From the NCBI GenBank assembly GCA_051892815.1, contig JBJFGP010000174.1:1-42364 (forward strand): 42,364 nucleotides of DNA, read 5' to 3'. Shown in pieces: positions 15,424 through 24,900 of the stretch; the stretch's first letter is position 1, and each line of letters starts with the position of its first letter. The notes under the pieces were generated by a model that was given only the letters and a program-made list of their open reading frames with translations, was not told the DNA's origin and made no database searches. The position numbers and the translations under genes were made by a program. The DNA is from Kiritimatiellia bacterium. Its GTDB lineage: Bacteria > Verrucomicrobiota > Kiritimatiellia > RFP12 > DVOR01.

Positions 15424-16499
15424 CTGGCCCTCCATCTGGGGGAATCCCCGCGCTCGTGCCAGGCGATTTCTCCTCCGGTCGAGGCAACGCGCCGGGCGAG
15501 GCATCCGCGGCACTGGAGGGGGGACTCTCCGAGGCAGGGCTTGCCGGCGTAGAGGGTGTATTCGGTTCGATAGCGCACGGGCGTGACGTTGGGCATGATG
15601 ACATTGGCTCCGGCGAGCAGGCCGCGTTCGCGCCCCTTCGGGTCGAGCGCCTGGAGGGCGGTCGCCGCGGCGATGTTGACCTCGTGCAGGTAGAGGCGCG
15701 TCACGGCAATCATACGCAGGCCCAGCTCCAGCTGGTAGGCAGCTTTTGCCCCCGACCATTGGAACCTTTGCCCCACGGGGGTTGACAGGTGCGGGACATA
15801 GGGGCCCATACCAATCATGTCGAAGTCCTCCTTCGCGAAGAATTCGATGTCCGCCGCCAAATCCTCAATCGTCTCCCCCGGAAGGCCCGCCATCACGCCG
15901 CTGCCGACCTGGTAGCCGCAGGCGCGGAGCGCGCGCAGGCAATCGAGCCGGCGCGTCCACGAATGGTCCGCCGGATGGAGCGTGGCGTAGAGTTCCGGAT
16001 TCGACGTCTCGATGCGCAGCAGGTAGCGATGCGCGCCAGCCGCCTTCCAGCGCCGGTAGGTCTCCGGCGACTGCTCGCCGAGGCTCAGCGTGATGCCAAA
16101 CTCCGCACCAGCCAAGGCACGGATGGACGAGACCAAATCCTCGACGAACGCCGCCGACGCCTCGTCGGCAACCTCGCCCGACTGGAGCACGACATTGCCG
16201 TATCCCGCCTCAATCACCCAGCCGACCGCCTCGAGAATCTCCCCCCGCTCCATCCGGTAGCGCCGAACCTCCCGGTTCCCCCGCCGGATGCCACAATAGA
16301 GGCAATCCTTCGAGCAACGGTTCGAGAACTCCAACAGCCCGCGGCAGAAAACCTTCCGCCCCGTCTGCCGGTAGCGCACCTCCCGCGCGGCGGCAAAGAG
16401 CGCCTCCGCGTCGGGAGTCGACAACAAAGCGGTCAACTCCCGGCGCGTCAGCGCGCGCGACCGTCCGGCGGCTTTCGCCAGCAGGAACTCGTCGCTCAC
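15420..16499 (-). CDS. HydE-like (biotin-synthase-related) radical SAM protein
   Basis: [89 protein letters not shown] and [10 protein letters not shown]. These track my recollection of Thermotoga HydE almost motif by motif. The likely start is GTG 16499, which overlaps the cysK stop as GTGA. A TTG at 16511 is the alternative. Confidence 0.8.
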   Translation of the reverse strand: MSDEFLLAKAAGRSRALTRRELTALLSTPDAEALFAAAREVRYRQTGRKVFCRGLLEFSNRCSKDCLYCGIRRGNREVRRYRMERGEILEAVGWVIEAGYGNVVLQSGEVADEASAAFVEDLVSSIRALAGAEFGITLSLGEQSPETYRRWKAAGAHRYLLRIETSNPELYATLHPADHSWTRRLDCLRALRACGYQVGSGVMAGLPGETIEDLAADIEFFAKEDFDMIGMGPYVPHLSTPVGQRFQWSGAKAAYQLELGLRMIAVTRLYLHEVNIAAATALQALDPKGRERGLLAGANVIMPNVTPVRYRTEYTLYAGKPCLGESPLQCRGCLARRVASTGGEIAWHERGDSPRWRAR

Positions 16500-17428
16500 C
16501 CGAAGAGCCAAGTCGACAAGTACCGCTCGCCCGTGTCCGGCAGCAGCGCGACAATCGTCTTGCCGGCAAACTCCGGACGCTTGGAAAGCTCCAGCGCCGC
16601 CCAGAGCGAAGCGCCCGAGGAGATGCCCACGAGCAGCCCCTCCTGCGCCGCAGCCGCGCGCGCCGTCGCCCCCGCGTTCTCCGCGCTGGCCTTGATTACC
16701 TCGCTCAGCAGCGAGACATCCAAGACCTTCGGAACAAAGCCCGCGCCGATTCCCTGAATCTTGTGCGGACCAGGCGCACCGCCGGAGAGCACAGGCGAAG
16801 TGTCCGGCTCCACCGCAAAGAGCTTCACCTCAGGGTTCCGCTCCTTCAGGTAGCGGCCCGTGCCGGTGATCGTCCCGCCCGTGCCGACGCCCGCGACGAA
16901 CGCCGCCACTTCACCGCCGGTTCCCACCCAGACTTCGGGTCCCGTCGTGCGGTAGTGGAACTCCGGATTCGCCGGGTTCTCGAACTGCTGGAGAATCACC
17001 GCCCCGGGCGTCGCCGCGCGGAGTTCCTCCGCCTTGGCGATGGCCCCCTTCATCCCCGCGGAGCCGGGCGTCAGCACGATTTCCGCGCCGTACGCCGCCG
17101 CCAGCTTGCGCCGCTCGATGCTCATCGTCTCGGGCATCGTCAGAATCAGCCGGTAGCCCTTCACCGCGGAGACGAGCGCCAGCCCGACCCCCGTGTTGCC
17201 GCTCGTCGGCTCGATGATGACGCTGCCCTTGGTCAGGGCTCCGGATTGCTCCGCCGCCTCGACCATCGCCAGCGCAATGCGGTCCTTCACGCTGCCGCCG
17301 GGGTTGAAGTACTCGACCTTCGCGAGCACGCGCGCCTGACCCTTGTTCAGGCGTCCGGAGATTTCGACCAGCGGCGTGCCGCCGACCTTTTCCAGAATGT
17401 TCTTTGCGATTTGGCTCAAAACGACCAT
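16496..17428 (-). CDS. cysK: cysteine synthase A (O-acetylserine sulfhydrylase)
   Basis: Start at ATG 17428. [17 protein letters not shown] (PLP lysine), TSGNTG and [10 protein letters not shown]. Confidence 0.95.
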   Translation of the reverse strand: MVVLSQIAKNILEKVGGTPLVEISGRLNKGQARVLAKVEYFNPGGSVKDRIALAMVEAAEQSGALTKGSVIIEPTSGNTGVGLALVSAVKGYRLILTMPETMSIERRKLAAAYGAEIVLTPGSAGMKGAIAKAEELRAATPGAVILQQFENPANPEFHYRTTGPEVWVGTGGEVAAFVAGVGTGGTITGTGRYLKERNPEVKLFAVEPDTSPVLSGGAPGPHKIQGIGAGFVPKVLDVSLLSEVIKASAENAGATARAAAAQEGLLVGISSGASLWAALELSKRPEFAGKTIVALLPDTGERYLSTWLFG

Positions 17429-17456
17429 CCTTTCGGTTTGGGGTTGACTATGGAAA

Positions 17457-18338
17457 TCAGAACTGGTATTGTACGGAGAAGACCGCGCCCGACCCAACGC
17501 CCAGGTTCTTCGTGCTTCCCTCGCGATAGAACTTGTCCTTGTTGCCCGTCTCCGCGAAGGCCGCCACGACCGTCAGCTGCTTGGTCACGAACCACGCCAC
17601 ATGGGCATCCCAGTAGTCGTGGTTGCGGATGCCGTCGCCCGCGTCGACCCCCTGCTTGTACTCGACACCGATTGCGACATTCTCCGCCGGCAGAATATCC
17701 AGGTTCCCGAACGCCACCACATCGTAGTCGTTGTGTCCGACCACGCCGTTGATGACTTCGTCCGAGAGCAGAAGGCCCGCCGAGACCAGAACCGGCACAG
17801 GCGTTTGGGTGATGAGTTTGGTCGCGACCGCATAGGCGTCGAAACCATCCTTGTCCAGCCCCAGCGCGTCGGCCAGTTCGGTGTCGGTGTACTTGTAGAC
17901 GCCGCCGACGGCAATTGCCGGAACCCAGGCCGTATCAAAGGCGTTCTCGTCGAGAATCCTCAGTTTCGCGCCAATGTTATAGGTGTTGATTGAGTTGTCG
18001 CCGTACTCGTGCGCGTTGATTAGGCCGTAGCCGGCGGAGAGTTCCAACCGGTCGGCGAAGGTCAGTGCCACCGAACCGGCCCACCAGTCGATGCCCGCGT
18101 CGTTGAGGTTGACGTACCACGCACCGACCTGCGGTCGCGAGACCACCTTGTCCAGGACGTTCGACCCATCCTCGCTCCACAGCAGCCCCGCCGTGTAAGC
18201 CAAGGGGTTGAACGCGATGCCGCCCGTGCCTTGGAGGTTGTTCAGAGGCACCCCCGCGTCGGCCGAAGCGGCAAGAAGCGAGAGGGCGGATGCGAAGAGA
18301 AGGGAGAAAGAGTTGTGTTTGATGCTGTTGAAGTTCAT
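17457..18338 (-). CDS. outer-membrane beta-barrel protein (porin-like), family not recognised
   Basis: Signal peptide [28 protein letters not shown], alternating beta-strand pattern, and a C-terminus ending ...VFSVQYQF (terminal Phe). Confidence 0.75.
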   Translation of the reverse strand: MNFNSIKHNSFSLLFASALSLLAASADAGVPLNNLQGTGGIAFNPLAYTAGLLWSEDGSNVLDKVVSRPQVGAWYVNLNDAGIDWWAGSVALTFADRLELSAGYGLINAHEYGDNSINTYNIGAKLRILDENAFDTAWVPAIAVGGVYKYTDTELADALGLDKDGFDAYAVATKLITQTPVPVLVSAGLLLSDEVINGVVGHNDYDVVAFGNLDILPAENVAIGVEYKQGVDAGDGIRNHDYWDAHVAWFVTKQLTVVAAFAETGNKDKFYREGSTKNLGVGSGAVFSVQYQF

Positions 18339-18401
18339 GTTGAGAATCCTTGTCTAGAGTTAGTTGGAATGTTCAGGTTGGATGGTTGCCCGGTACGGCG
18401 T

Positions 18402-19706
18402 TCAAATCTTCTCGAATGCCTCCTCCAAAGCTGCGATGATGTCGTCGATGTGCTCGATACCGATCGAGAGACGAATCAATTCAGGCAGGACGCCGGCCTC
18501 GCGCAGCTCCTCGTCGGAGAGTTGCGAGTGCGTCGTCGACGCCGGATGGATGATCAGGCTCTTCGTGTCGCCCACGTTCACGAGGATGGAGAAGATGTCC
18601 CCGCTCGCCGCGTCCGTGAACCGCCGCGCTTCGTCCGCGCCCCCCTTCACGCCGAAGACCACCACGCCGCTCGCGCCGTTGGGCAGATACTTCGCCGAGA
18701 GTTCTGGTTGCGAGAGCGACGGATACTTCACCCACGCCACCTTCGGATGGTTTTCAAGCCACTTGGCCACCTTCAGCGCATTCTCGCTATGCCGGGCAAT
18801 CCGAAGCGGCAGCGACTCCACACCTTGCAGGAACTGCCAAGCGGCGTCAGGCGCCAGCGTCGGGCCTTGATTGCGGATGCCCACAGTCAACAGGCGAAGG
18901 CTGAACGCGACAGGGCGCAGAGGCTCCGGCAGGTCATGCGCAAAACGCAGTCCGTGGTAGCCCGCATCGGGTTCGTTGTAGAGGGCGAACTTCGGGTCAG
19001 TCCAGTCGAACTTCCCCGCATCGGTCACCACGCCGCCGATACCCGAGCCAGTCCCGCCAATCCACTTCGAGAGCGAATGGATGACCAGGTCGGCACCATA
19101 TTCGATAGGGCGCAGAAGCGGCGGCGGCGTGAAGGTCGCATCGACCACCAGAGGCAGGTGGTGCCGATGGGCGACCTCGGCGTATTTCTCCACATCGGCC
19201 AGGTCGAGCGCAGGGTTGCCGACGGTCTCAATGAAGACCAGGCGGGTCTTCTCGTTGATGGCCGCCTCGACAGCCTTGAAGTCATTCACGGGAGTGAAGT
19301 GGACTTTGATGCCGACATTGGGCAGAATGGCGGAGAACTGGGAGTAGGTGCCGCCGTAGAGGTTGTTCGCGGCGACAATCTCGTCCCCGGCACGGGCGAT
19401 GTTGGTGACGGTGAAGTAGATGGCCGCGGTGCCCGATGCGAGGGTCTGCGCCGCGGCTCCGCCTTCGAGGGCGGCGATGCGCTTAGCGAGGACATCGTTG
19501 GTCGGGTTCATGAGCCGGGCGTAAATGTTGCCGAGTTCGCGGAGGGCGAAGAGGTCGGCCCCATGTTTGGAGTCTCTGAAGTTGTAAGCCGTCGTGCGGT
19601 AGATGGGGACTGCCCTGGCATGGGTGGTCGGATCACCGTGGGCATCTTGCCCGGCATGAACGGCGAGCGTCTCCAGGTGGAGTTTGCGCGCGTTGGTATT
19701 GCTCAT
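18402..19706 (-). CDS. metY: O-acetylhomoserine/O-acetylserine sulfhydrylase
   Basis: 434 aa: LETLAVHAGQ, NPTNDVLAKRIAALEGG, VIHSLSKWIGGTG (PLP lysine) and HPASTTHSQL. Confidence 0.9.
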   Translation of the reverse strand: MSNTNARKLHLETLAVHAGQDAHGDPTTHARAVPIYRTTAYNFRDSKHGADLFALRELGNIYARLMNPTNDVLAKRIAALEGGAAAQTLASGTAAIYFTVTNIARAGDEIVAANNLYGGTYSQFSAILPNVGIKVHFTPVNDFKAVEAAINEKTRLVFIETVGNPALDLADVEKYAEVAHRHHLPLVVDATFTPPPLLRPIEYGADLVIHSLSKWIGGTGSGIGGVVTDAGKFDWTDPKFALYNEPDAGYHGLRFAHDLPEPLRPVAFSLRLLTVGIRNQGPTLAPDAAWQFLQGVESLPLRIARHSENALKVAKWLENHPKVAWVKYPSLSQPELSAKYLPNGASGVVVFGVKGGADEARRFTDAASGDIFSILVNVGDTKSLIIHPASTTHSQLSDEELREAGVLPELIRLSIGIEHIDDIIAALEEAFEKI

Positions 19707-19766
19707 TGTCAGACCTCGCTTTCTTTGCGGTTCGTTTCGTCGGCGCTTGTCGCGTCAACGGCGCAA

Positions 19767-19800
19767 AGTATAGCACATCCGATTTCCATTGGATAATCGG
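19767..19800 (-). promoter_or_regulatory. metY promoter (extended -10 TGCTATACT, 19775..19767; -35 TTATCC, 19796..19791) overlapped by dyad CCGATT-N10-AATCGG (19779..19800), a candidate LysR-type box
   Basis: Both motifs were read directly. The dyad contains a T-N11-A core and overlaps the -35 hexamer. Confidence 0.45.
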
Positions 19801-19835
19801 AAGTTCTGACTGCTGGAGATAGGATGAACCTATAT

Positions 19836-20747
19836 CTAATCGATTGCTCTATCGGCGAATCTGCGGCGCAGTTCGTCGACGAAAAGCTGCCCAGAAGGGG
19901 TCAGGGAGATGCCGGATCTGCGGATGAATCCGACGCGTATCTGGTCGTCTATCTTGAGTGGGACGGAGATGATGTCGGCGCTATAGGCTTTGCTGCGGGC
20001 GCCGGAAACGACGGTGAATCCGTCGAGGTCGAGAACGAGTCGGGTCATGGTCGCCCTATCGCGAACGCGGATGTTTTTCCTGCGGTCGATGGCGGGCATA
20101 ATTTCCTCGGAGAAGTAGAGGGCGTTTTCAGTCCCTTGCTCGTAGGTGAGGTAGGGATAGGGGTCGAGATCGGCGGGGGTGACGGCTTTCTTTCTGGCGA
20201 GGGGGTGCTTGCGTCCGAGGAAGACATGGGGCTGGGCGGAGAAGAGTTCTTCGAAGAGGAGTTCTTCTTTGCGGAGGATTTTGCGAATGGGGGCTTCGTT
20301 GCGGCGGGAGAGGTAGATGAGGCCGATTTCGCTGCGGTGGCGGGCGACATCATCGATGACTTCGCTGGTGACGGTCTCGCGGATGGTGAAGTCGTAGGAG
20401 GCGGAGGGGGTTGCCTTGACGACGGGGATGAAGCATTCGGCGACGAAGGCGTAGTGCTGGCAGGATACGGCGAACTGGGGGCGGCGGACGGCTTTGCCGG
20501 TGTATTTCTCCTGGATGCGGGCGGCGTCGTCGAGTATCTGGCGGGCGGAGGCGAGGAACTCTTCGCCCTCGCGGGTAAGGGTGACGCCGCGGGAGGTGCG
20601 GTTGAAGATGGCGATGCGGAGTTCCTCTTCGAGGGTGCGGATGGCTTCGGTGAGGGTGGGCTGTGTGACGAAGACGCGGCGGGCGGCTTCGCTGAAGCTT
20701 CCGCAGGCGGCGACGGCGTCGGCGTACTTGAGTTGCTGGAGGGTCAT
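19836..20747 (-). CDS. LysR-family transcriptional regulator
   Basis: N-terminal wHTH MTLQQLKYADAVAACGSFSEAARRVFVTQPTLTEAIRTLEEEL, about 300 aa. ATGA overlap with the bioB stop. Confidence 0.9.
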   Translation of the reverse strand: MTLQQLKYADAVAACGSFSEAARRVFVTQPTLTEAIRTLEEELRIAIFNRTSRGVTLTREGEEFLASARQILDDAARIQEKYTGKAVRRPQFAVSCQHYAFVAECFIPVVKATPSASYDFTIRETVTSEVIDDVARHRSEIGLIYLSRRNEAPIRKILRKEELLFEELFSAQPHVFLGRKHPLARKKAVTPADLDPYPYLTYEQGTENALYFSEEIMPAIDRRKNIRVRDRATMTRLVLDLDGFTVVSGARSKAYSADIISVPLKIDDQIRVGFIRRSGISLTPSGQLFVDELRRRFADRAID

Positions 20748-21739
20748 CGGAGGTCTGGGGCGACATCGAATCCGGCGAGCGCCGCGAGGTGGCGGTCGTC
20801 GTCGAAGTCTGCGCCGGGGGTGGTGAGGAGGGGGCCTGCGATGCCGGCGGATATGCCGGCGCGGATGCAGCGGGCGGCGGTCTGGTCGTCAATATCCCGG
20901 CGTCCGCCGGCGAAGCGCAAGGGCGTGTCGGGGTTGGCCAGGCGGATGAGGGCGATGGAGGCGATGATGCGCGAGGGGGTGAGCGGGGTGGAGTGGCCGA
21001 GGGGTGTGCCGGGGATTGGATGGAGGATGTTGACGGGGATGGAGTCGGGGTGGATGGTGCGGAGGGCGAAGGCGAATTCGACGAGTTCTTCGTCGGTCTC
21101 TCCCATGCCGATGATGCCGCCGCAACAGGTCTGGAGTCCGACGCGCTGGGCAGCGCGGAGGGTATCGATTTTCTCCTGCGTGGTGTGGGTGGTGCAGAGT
21201 TGGGGGAAGCGGGAAGGGGCGGTTTCGAGGTTGCAGTGGAGGCGTTCGAGTCCGGCCTCTTTGAGGCGGCGGAGGGCCTCTTCGGGAATCAATCCGATGG
21301 AGGCGCAGAGGTGCAGGCGGGTGGTTTGGCGGAGGATTCGGAGGGTGTGGCAGAGGGCTTGGATGTCGGCTTCCGGGAGGGTGCGTCCGCTGGTGACGAT
21401 GCCGAAGCGGGTGGCACCGTCGGCCTCTGCCTTTTGGGCGGCTTGAAGGCAAGCATCGCTGCCGATCCATTCCCACTTTTCGCAGGCGGTCTGCCAATGG
21501 GCGGACTGGGCGCACCATTTGCAGTTCTCGGAACATCGGCCGGATTTGGCGTTGACGATGGCGCAGAAGTCGAAGCGGCGGGGGGCACAGGATTGCGTGA
21601 CGCGGTGGGCGGCTTCAACGAGGCTATCTAGGGGTTCGCGGCACAGAATGTGGAGTGCCTCCGAGGGGGTGAGGTTGCCGCCGGCGATGATGCGGTCGGC
21701 CAAGTCGGAGGCGGTGGGGTGCGTGGGGGTGGGCTCCAT
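20744..21739 (-). CDS. bioB: biotin synthase
   Basis: CSENCKWCAQS is the radical SAM motif. Also GATRFGIVTSG, HCNLET and CCGGIIGMGE. Confidence 0.9.
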   Translation of the reverse strand: MEPTPTHPTASDLADRIIAGGNLTPSEALHILCREPLDSLVEAAHRVTQSCAPRRFDFCAIVNAKSGRCSENCKWCAQSAHWQTACEKWEWIGSDACLQAAQKAEADGATRFGIVTSGRTLPEADIQALCHTLRILRQTTRLHLCASIGLIPEEALRRLKEAGLERLHCNLETAPSRFPQLCTTHTTQEKIDTLRAAQRVGLQTCCGGIIGMGETDEELVEFAFALRTIHPDSIPVNILHPIPGTPLGHSTPLTPSRIIASIALIRLANPDTPLRFAGGRRDIDDQTAARCIRAGISAGIAGPLLTTPGADFDDDRHLAALAGFDVAPDLR

Positions 21740-21771
21740 GATGGGTACTCGTTCTAATCTGCGCTGCCAGT

Positions 21772-21801
21772 AGTCTACGCTTTTTGACGGTGAAATGCCA
21801 A
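21772..21801 (-). promoter_or_regulatory. bioB promoter TTGGCA (21801..21796) - 18 nt - TAGACT (21777..21772)
   Basis: Read directly on the minus strand, about 33 nt upstream of ATG 21739. Confidence 0.4.
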
Positions 21802-21932
21802 TCGTTTGTCGCTATCGCCGGCGAAAGGGGGCTCCGATGGACGGGCGCGACGGGGTTATGCTACCACAAGCGGAGGGCTCTGGCAAGCCCGGGCTGCGGA
21901 TAGGCACCTTCGGGGTCGAATCCAAGGCTCCT

Positions 21933-24900
21933 CTAGAAGGGTATCTCAGGCACGAATGGACCGCTGTGGCGGGCGACCCAGTCGAGGATTTCGCCGTAGC
22001 AGGGAAGGTGGCGCAAGACGGCGTCGTTGCCCACGAGGTAGAAGCGTTCGCGGGCGCGGGTGACGGCGACATTGAGGCGGCGGTCGAGCGGATTGGCTTC
22101 GTCTGATGCGGCTGTCTCGGAGAGCAGAGCGGCTTCGGAAAGGCTCTGGATGACGGTTGAAAAGAGGATGACGGCACGCTCGCTTCCCTGGAAGCGCTCG
22201 ACCGTGTCGACGAGGATTCCATTGGCGACCTCGGCATCGAGACAATGCGCAATCGCGCCGCGCACGGCGGCAATCTGATTGCGGAAAGGAACGATGACAC
22301 CTATCTCGCCGGGCGCATAGGAGCGGGGCTCTCCGCCCTCTTGGAGCGGGGCGCGGCAAGGGTTGGAAACAAGCAGGCGGATGATGCGTGCGCAGCACTC
22401 GGCTTCCTTGGAACTGACCTTTTCGAGGGGCATCGCGTCCTCGTCGAGAAGGGGATAAAAGCCGAACCGGGTGGTCAAGGTGTAGTGCGCGAAGGGGTCT
22501 TCCGAATCGGGCGGCTCTGGGATTCCGGTGAGCTGGTGGGGTAGCTTGCCATCGTCGAGATGGCCGCCATAGAAGCAGGCGTTGCAGAACTCGGAAATGG
22601 CCGGATGCATACGATACTGCGTCCTGAGAGCAGCAAACCTGTTGGGGCGTTCGTGGGATATTCTGCGGAGCCGTTCGAAGAAGGATTCGCGGCAGTCGTT
22701 TAGCCCGAGTTTGTTCAATTTGGGCTCGCGGATGCGGGACTCTTCCGGGCTTTGCTGGACGACAGCGGGGAGTTGGCGATCGTCTCCGATGAAGATGAAT
22801 TTGCCTATCAGGGGTTCGTCGGAATCGGAGATTTTCTCGCCCATCGCGGCGTAGCGTTTGGCGCAGAAAAGGGGGAGGATATGTGCGTCGAGAAGTTGGG
22901 AGGCTTCGTCTACGATGGCGAGGTCGAAGTGTCCGTAATAGCCGAAGATGGGATGGTCTGGGGTGAGGGCGGCGACGGGCGCGACGATGATGCGGACGCG
23001 GTCGGCATAGGCTTGGAATTGACCGCGATTGTCGAAGCCCATCTCGTTCGCGAATCGGGTCGGAAGATTAGGCTCGGGGTGGCATTTGAGGGGGTTGCCG
23101 AGGCGCAAATAGATGTCCTCCGGGGCGGGCGGGGAGAGGGAATCTCCGGCGATTCTCCGTTCCAGCATGCGGCAAATTTCGTCGGTCGCGCGGTAGGTGT
23201 AGGCCAGCAGAAGGATGCGCATGCCGGGTGTCGCCATCGAGAGGTCGACCAAGGCGCGCATGGCCCGGCTGGTCTTGCCGGTGCCGGGGGGGCCCCAAAT
23301 CAGGAACCAGTCGCGGGCCTGCCAGGCGCGGCGGAGTAAGGTATGCAGGAATGGGTAGCGTTCCTTGACAACTTCGTCCCCCATGGGTAGGCACCTATCG
23401 GGGTCGGTCGTAGGCATCACTTGGTTCAGGACCAACTTGCGACGCCGTTCGTTGCCGATTAGGAGTTGGCCGAGTCCTTGCAGGCTGGAGGTGTGGAAGG
23501 TGGCGGGGCGGGGTTCGACGGCATACTCGGAGTCGGGGGCGATTTCGAAGAGGGATTCCGCCTGCGGATTGTCGAGTTGCAGGACAATCGATTCGGCGGT
23601 CAGGCGGGCAACGGTGGCCGCGAAGAGGCGAGAATGGGCAATGCTTTCGTCGGGCTTCCCTGACGAGCGGAAGAGGAAGACGCTGTCGCCTTCGCGGATG
23701 GAGCAATGCTTGTTGAGGGGCGATTGCGTAGTGTCGAACTCGAACGACAATAGGCGACCGAGCGCGTCTTTCCCGGGCATCCCCTTGATGCGGAGGTTCG
23801 CCAGGCGGAGCCCCGCGCGTGCCCGCTCCTGAGGCGGTCGGAGCCAAGCCGCGCCGCCCGATCCGTGCAACCCGCCGCGGCTGGAGTAGACCATCTCGGC
23901 GACGAGAAATTGCAACCAACGGTAGAGGTAGAGGCGCGTGATCGGGTCCGCCTGGTGGAAAGCAGCAAGCAGTTTTTCTACGCTGGACCGAAGGTGATTA
24001 TTCCAGTATTTCTCCCCGTATTCTTCTCTGCGAAAGTCCTCGGGTGTGGCTTTCCCGACGAGCGCCCGGAAGGTACCAGTTCGGATGAATTCAAGCAATG
24101 AAACGATGTCGTTCCTGCACTCGACGAGGAGGCTCTCCGCCGTACGACCGGGGGCTTCCCAAACCTTGGAAATAGCCTCTTTCTCGAATAGGATGCCGTC
24201 GGGTTCACAAGTATAGTTGTCCCTGATTCCTTGCGAGTAGCAGAGGGCTTGGTTGATGGCTTGGGGTGGGATTCCTTGGGCGAGTTCGAGGAGTTTGGCG
24301 TAAAGGATGGGCTGGACGGCGTGCTCGCGCTTGGGGTTGTTTCCTTGGTAGGCATCCCACTTGCCGGACTTGAGTTCGAGGATGGTGGCTGTCTTGGTTT
24401 TGGGATCGCAGGCGAGTGCGTCGACCTGCGCAGCGAGGCCATAATCGGGGGAGTAGAGTGGGGCTTCGAGGTGCCATTGGTTGGGCTGGACGCCGTAGGT
24501 TTCGGGGATTGTTTGGGTGATGAATCGTTGGATGTTGCCATCCTGCAGTTTACATTCATTGCCCCATTTTTTGTCGAGAGCAGCGACTGTGAGTTCAAGG
24601 GAATTTTGGGTGAAGAAGGTTTTCAGGCGCGCGTTGGAATTCTCTCCGCTGCCGGCACAGGCATCGGCCAAGGCGAGGTTGGCAAAGTCGCCTCGCAAGA
24701 GGAACTGCCGGGCGCTTTGAGTGTCGTCCTTGAGTAGGCACTCGGGGAGGATGGCGTTGAGCCAGAAGTAGAGCGCTGAGTTGTCGAAGTCCTGGGCGTG
24801 TCCGATGCTCTGCGGGGAGATGAGGAAGTCCGGCTCAAGGACGATGTGTTTGGCGCGGAGGCGTCCGGCGGGCTCCTTCGCGGGGGCATCGAGGATGAGG

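Noticed and set aside
10219-21446. Plus-strand ORFs 10219..11628, 12750..14384, 14407..15552, 15789..16757, 16763..17752, 18231..19796 and 19824..21446
   Set aside because: All are antisense shadows of well-supported minus-strand genes (patB, thiF/G/H, mnmA, hydE-like, cysK, metY, lysR/bioB). Their sequences are low-complexity and motif-free.
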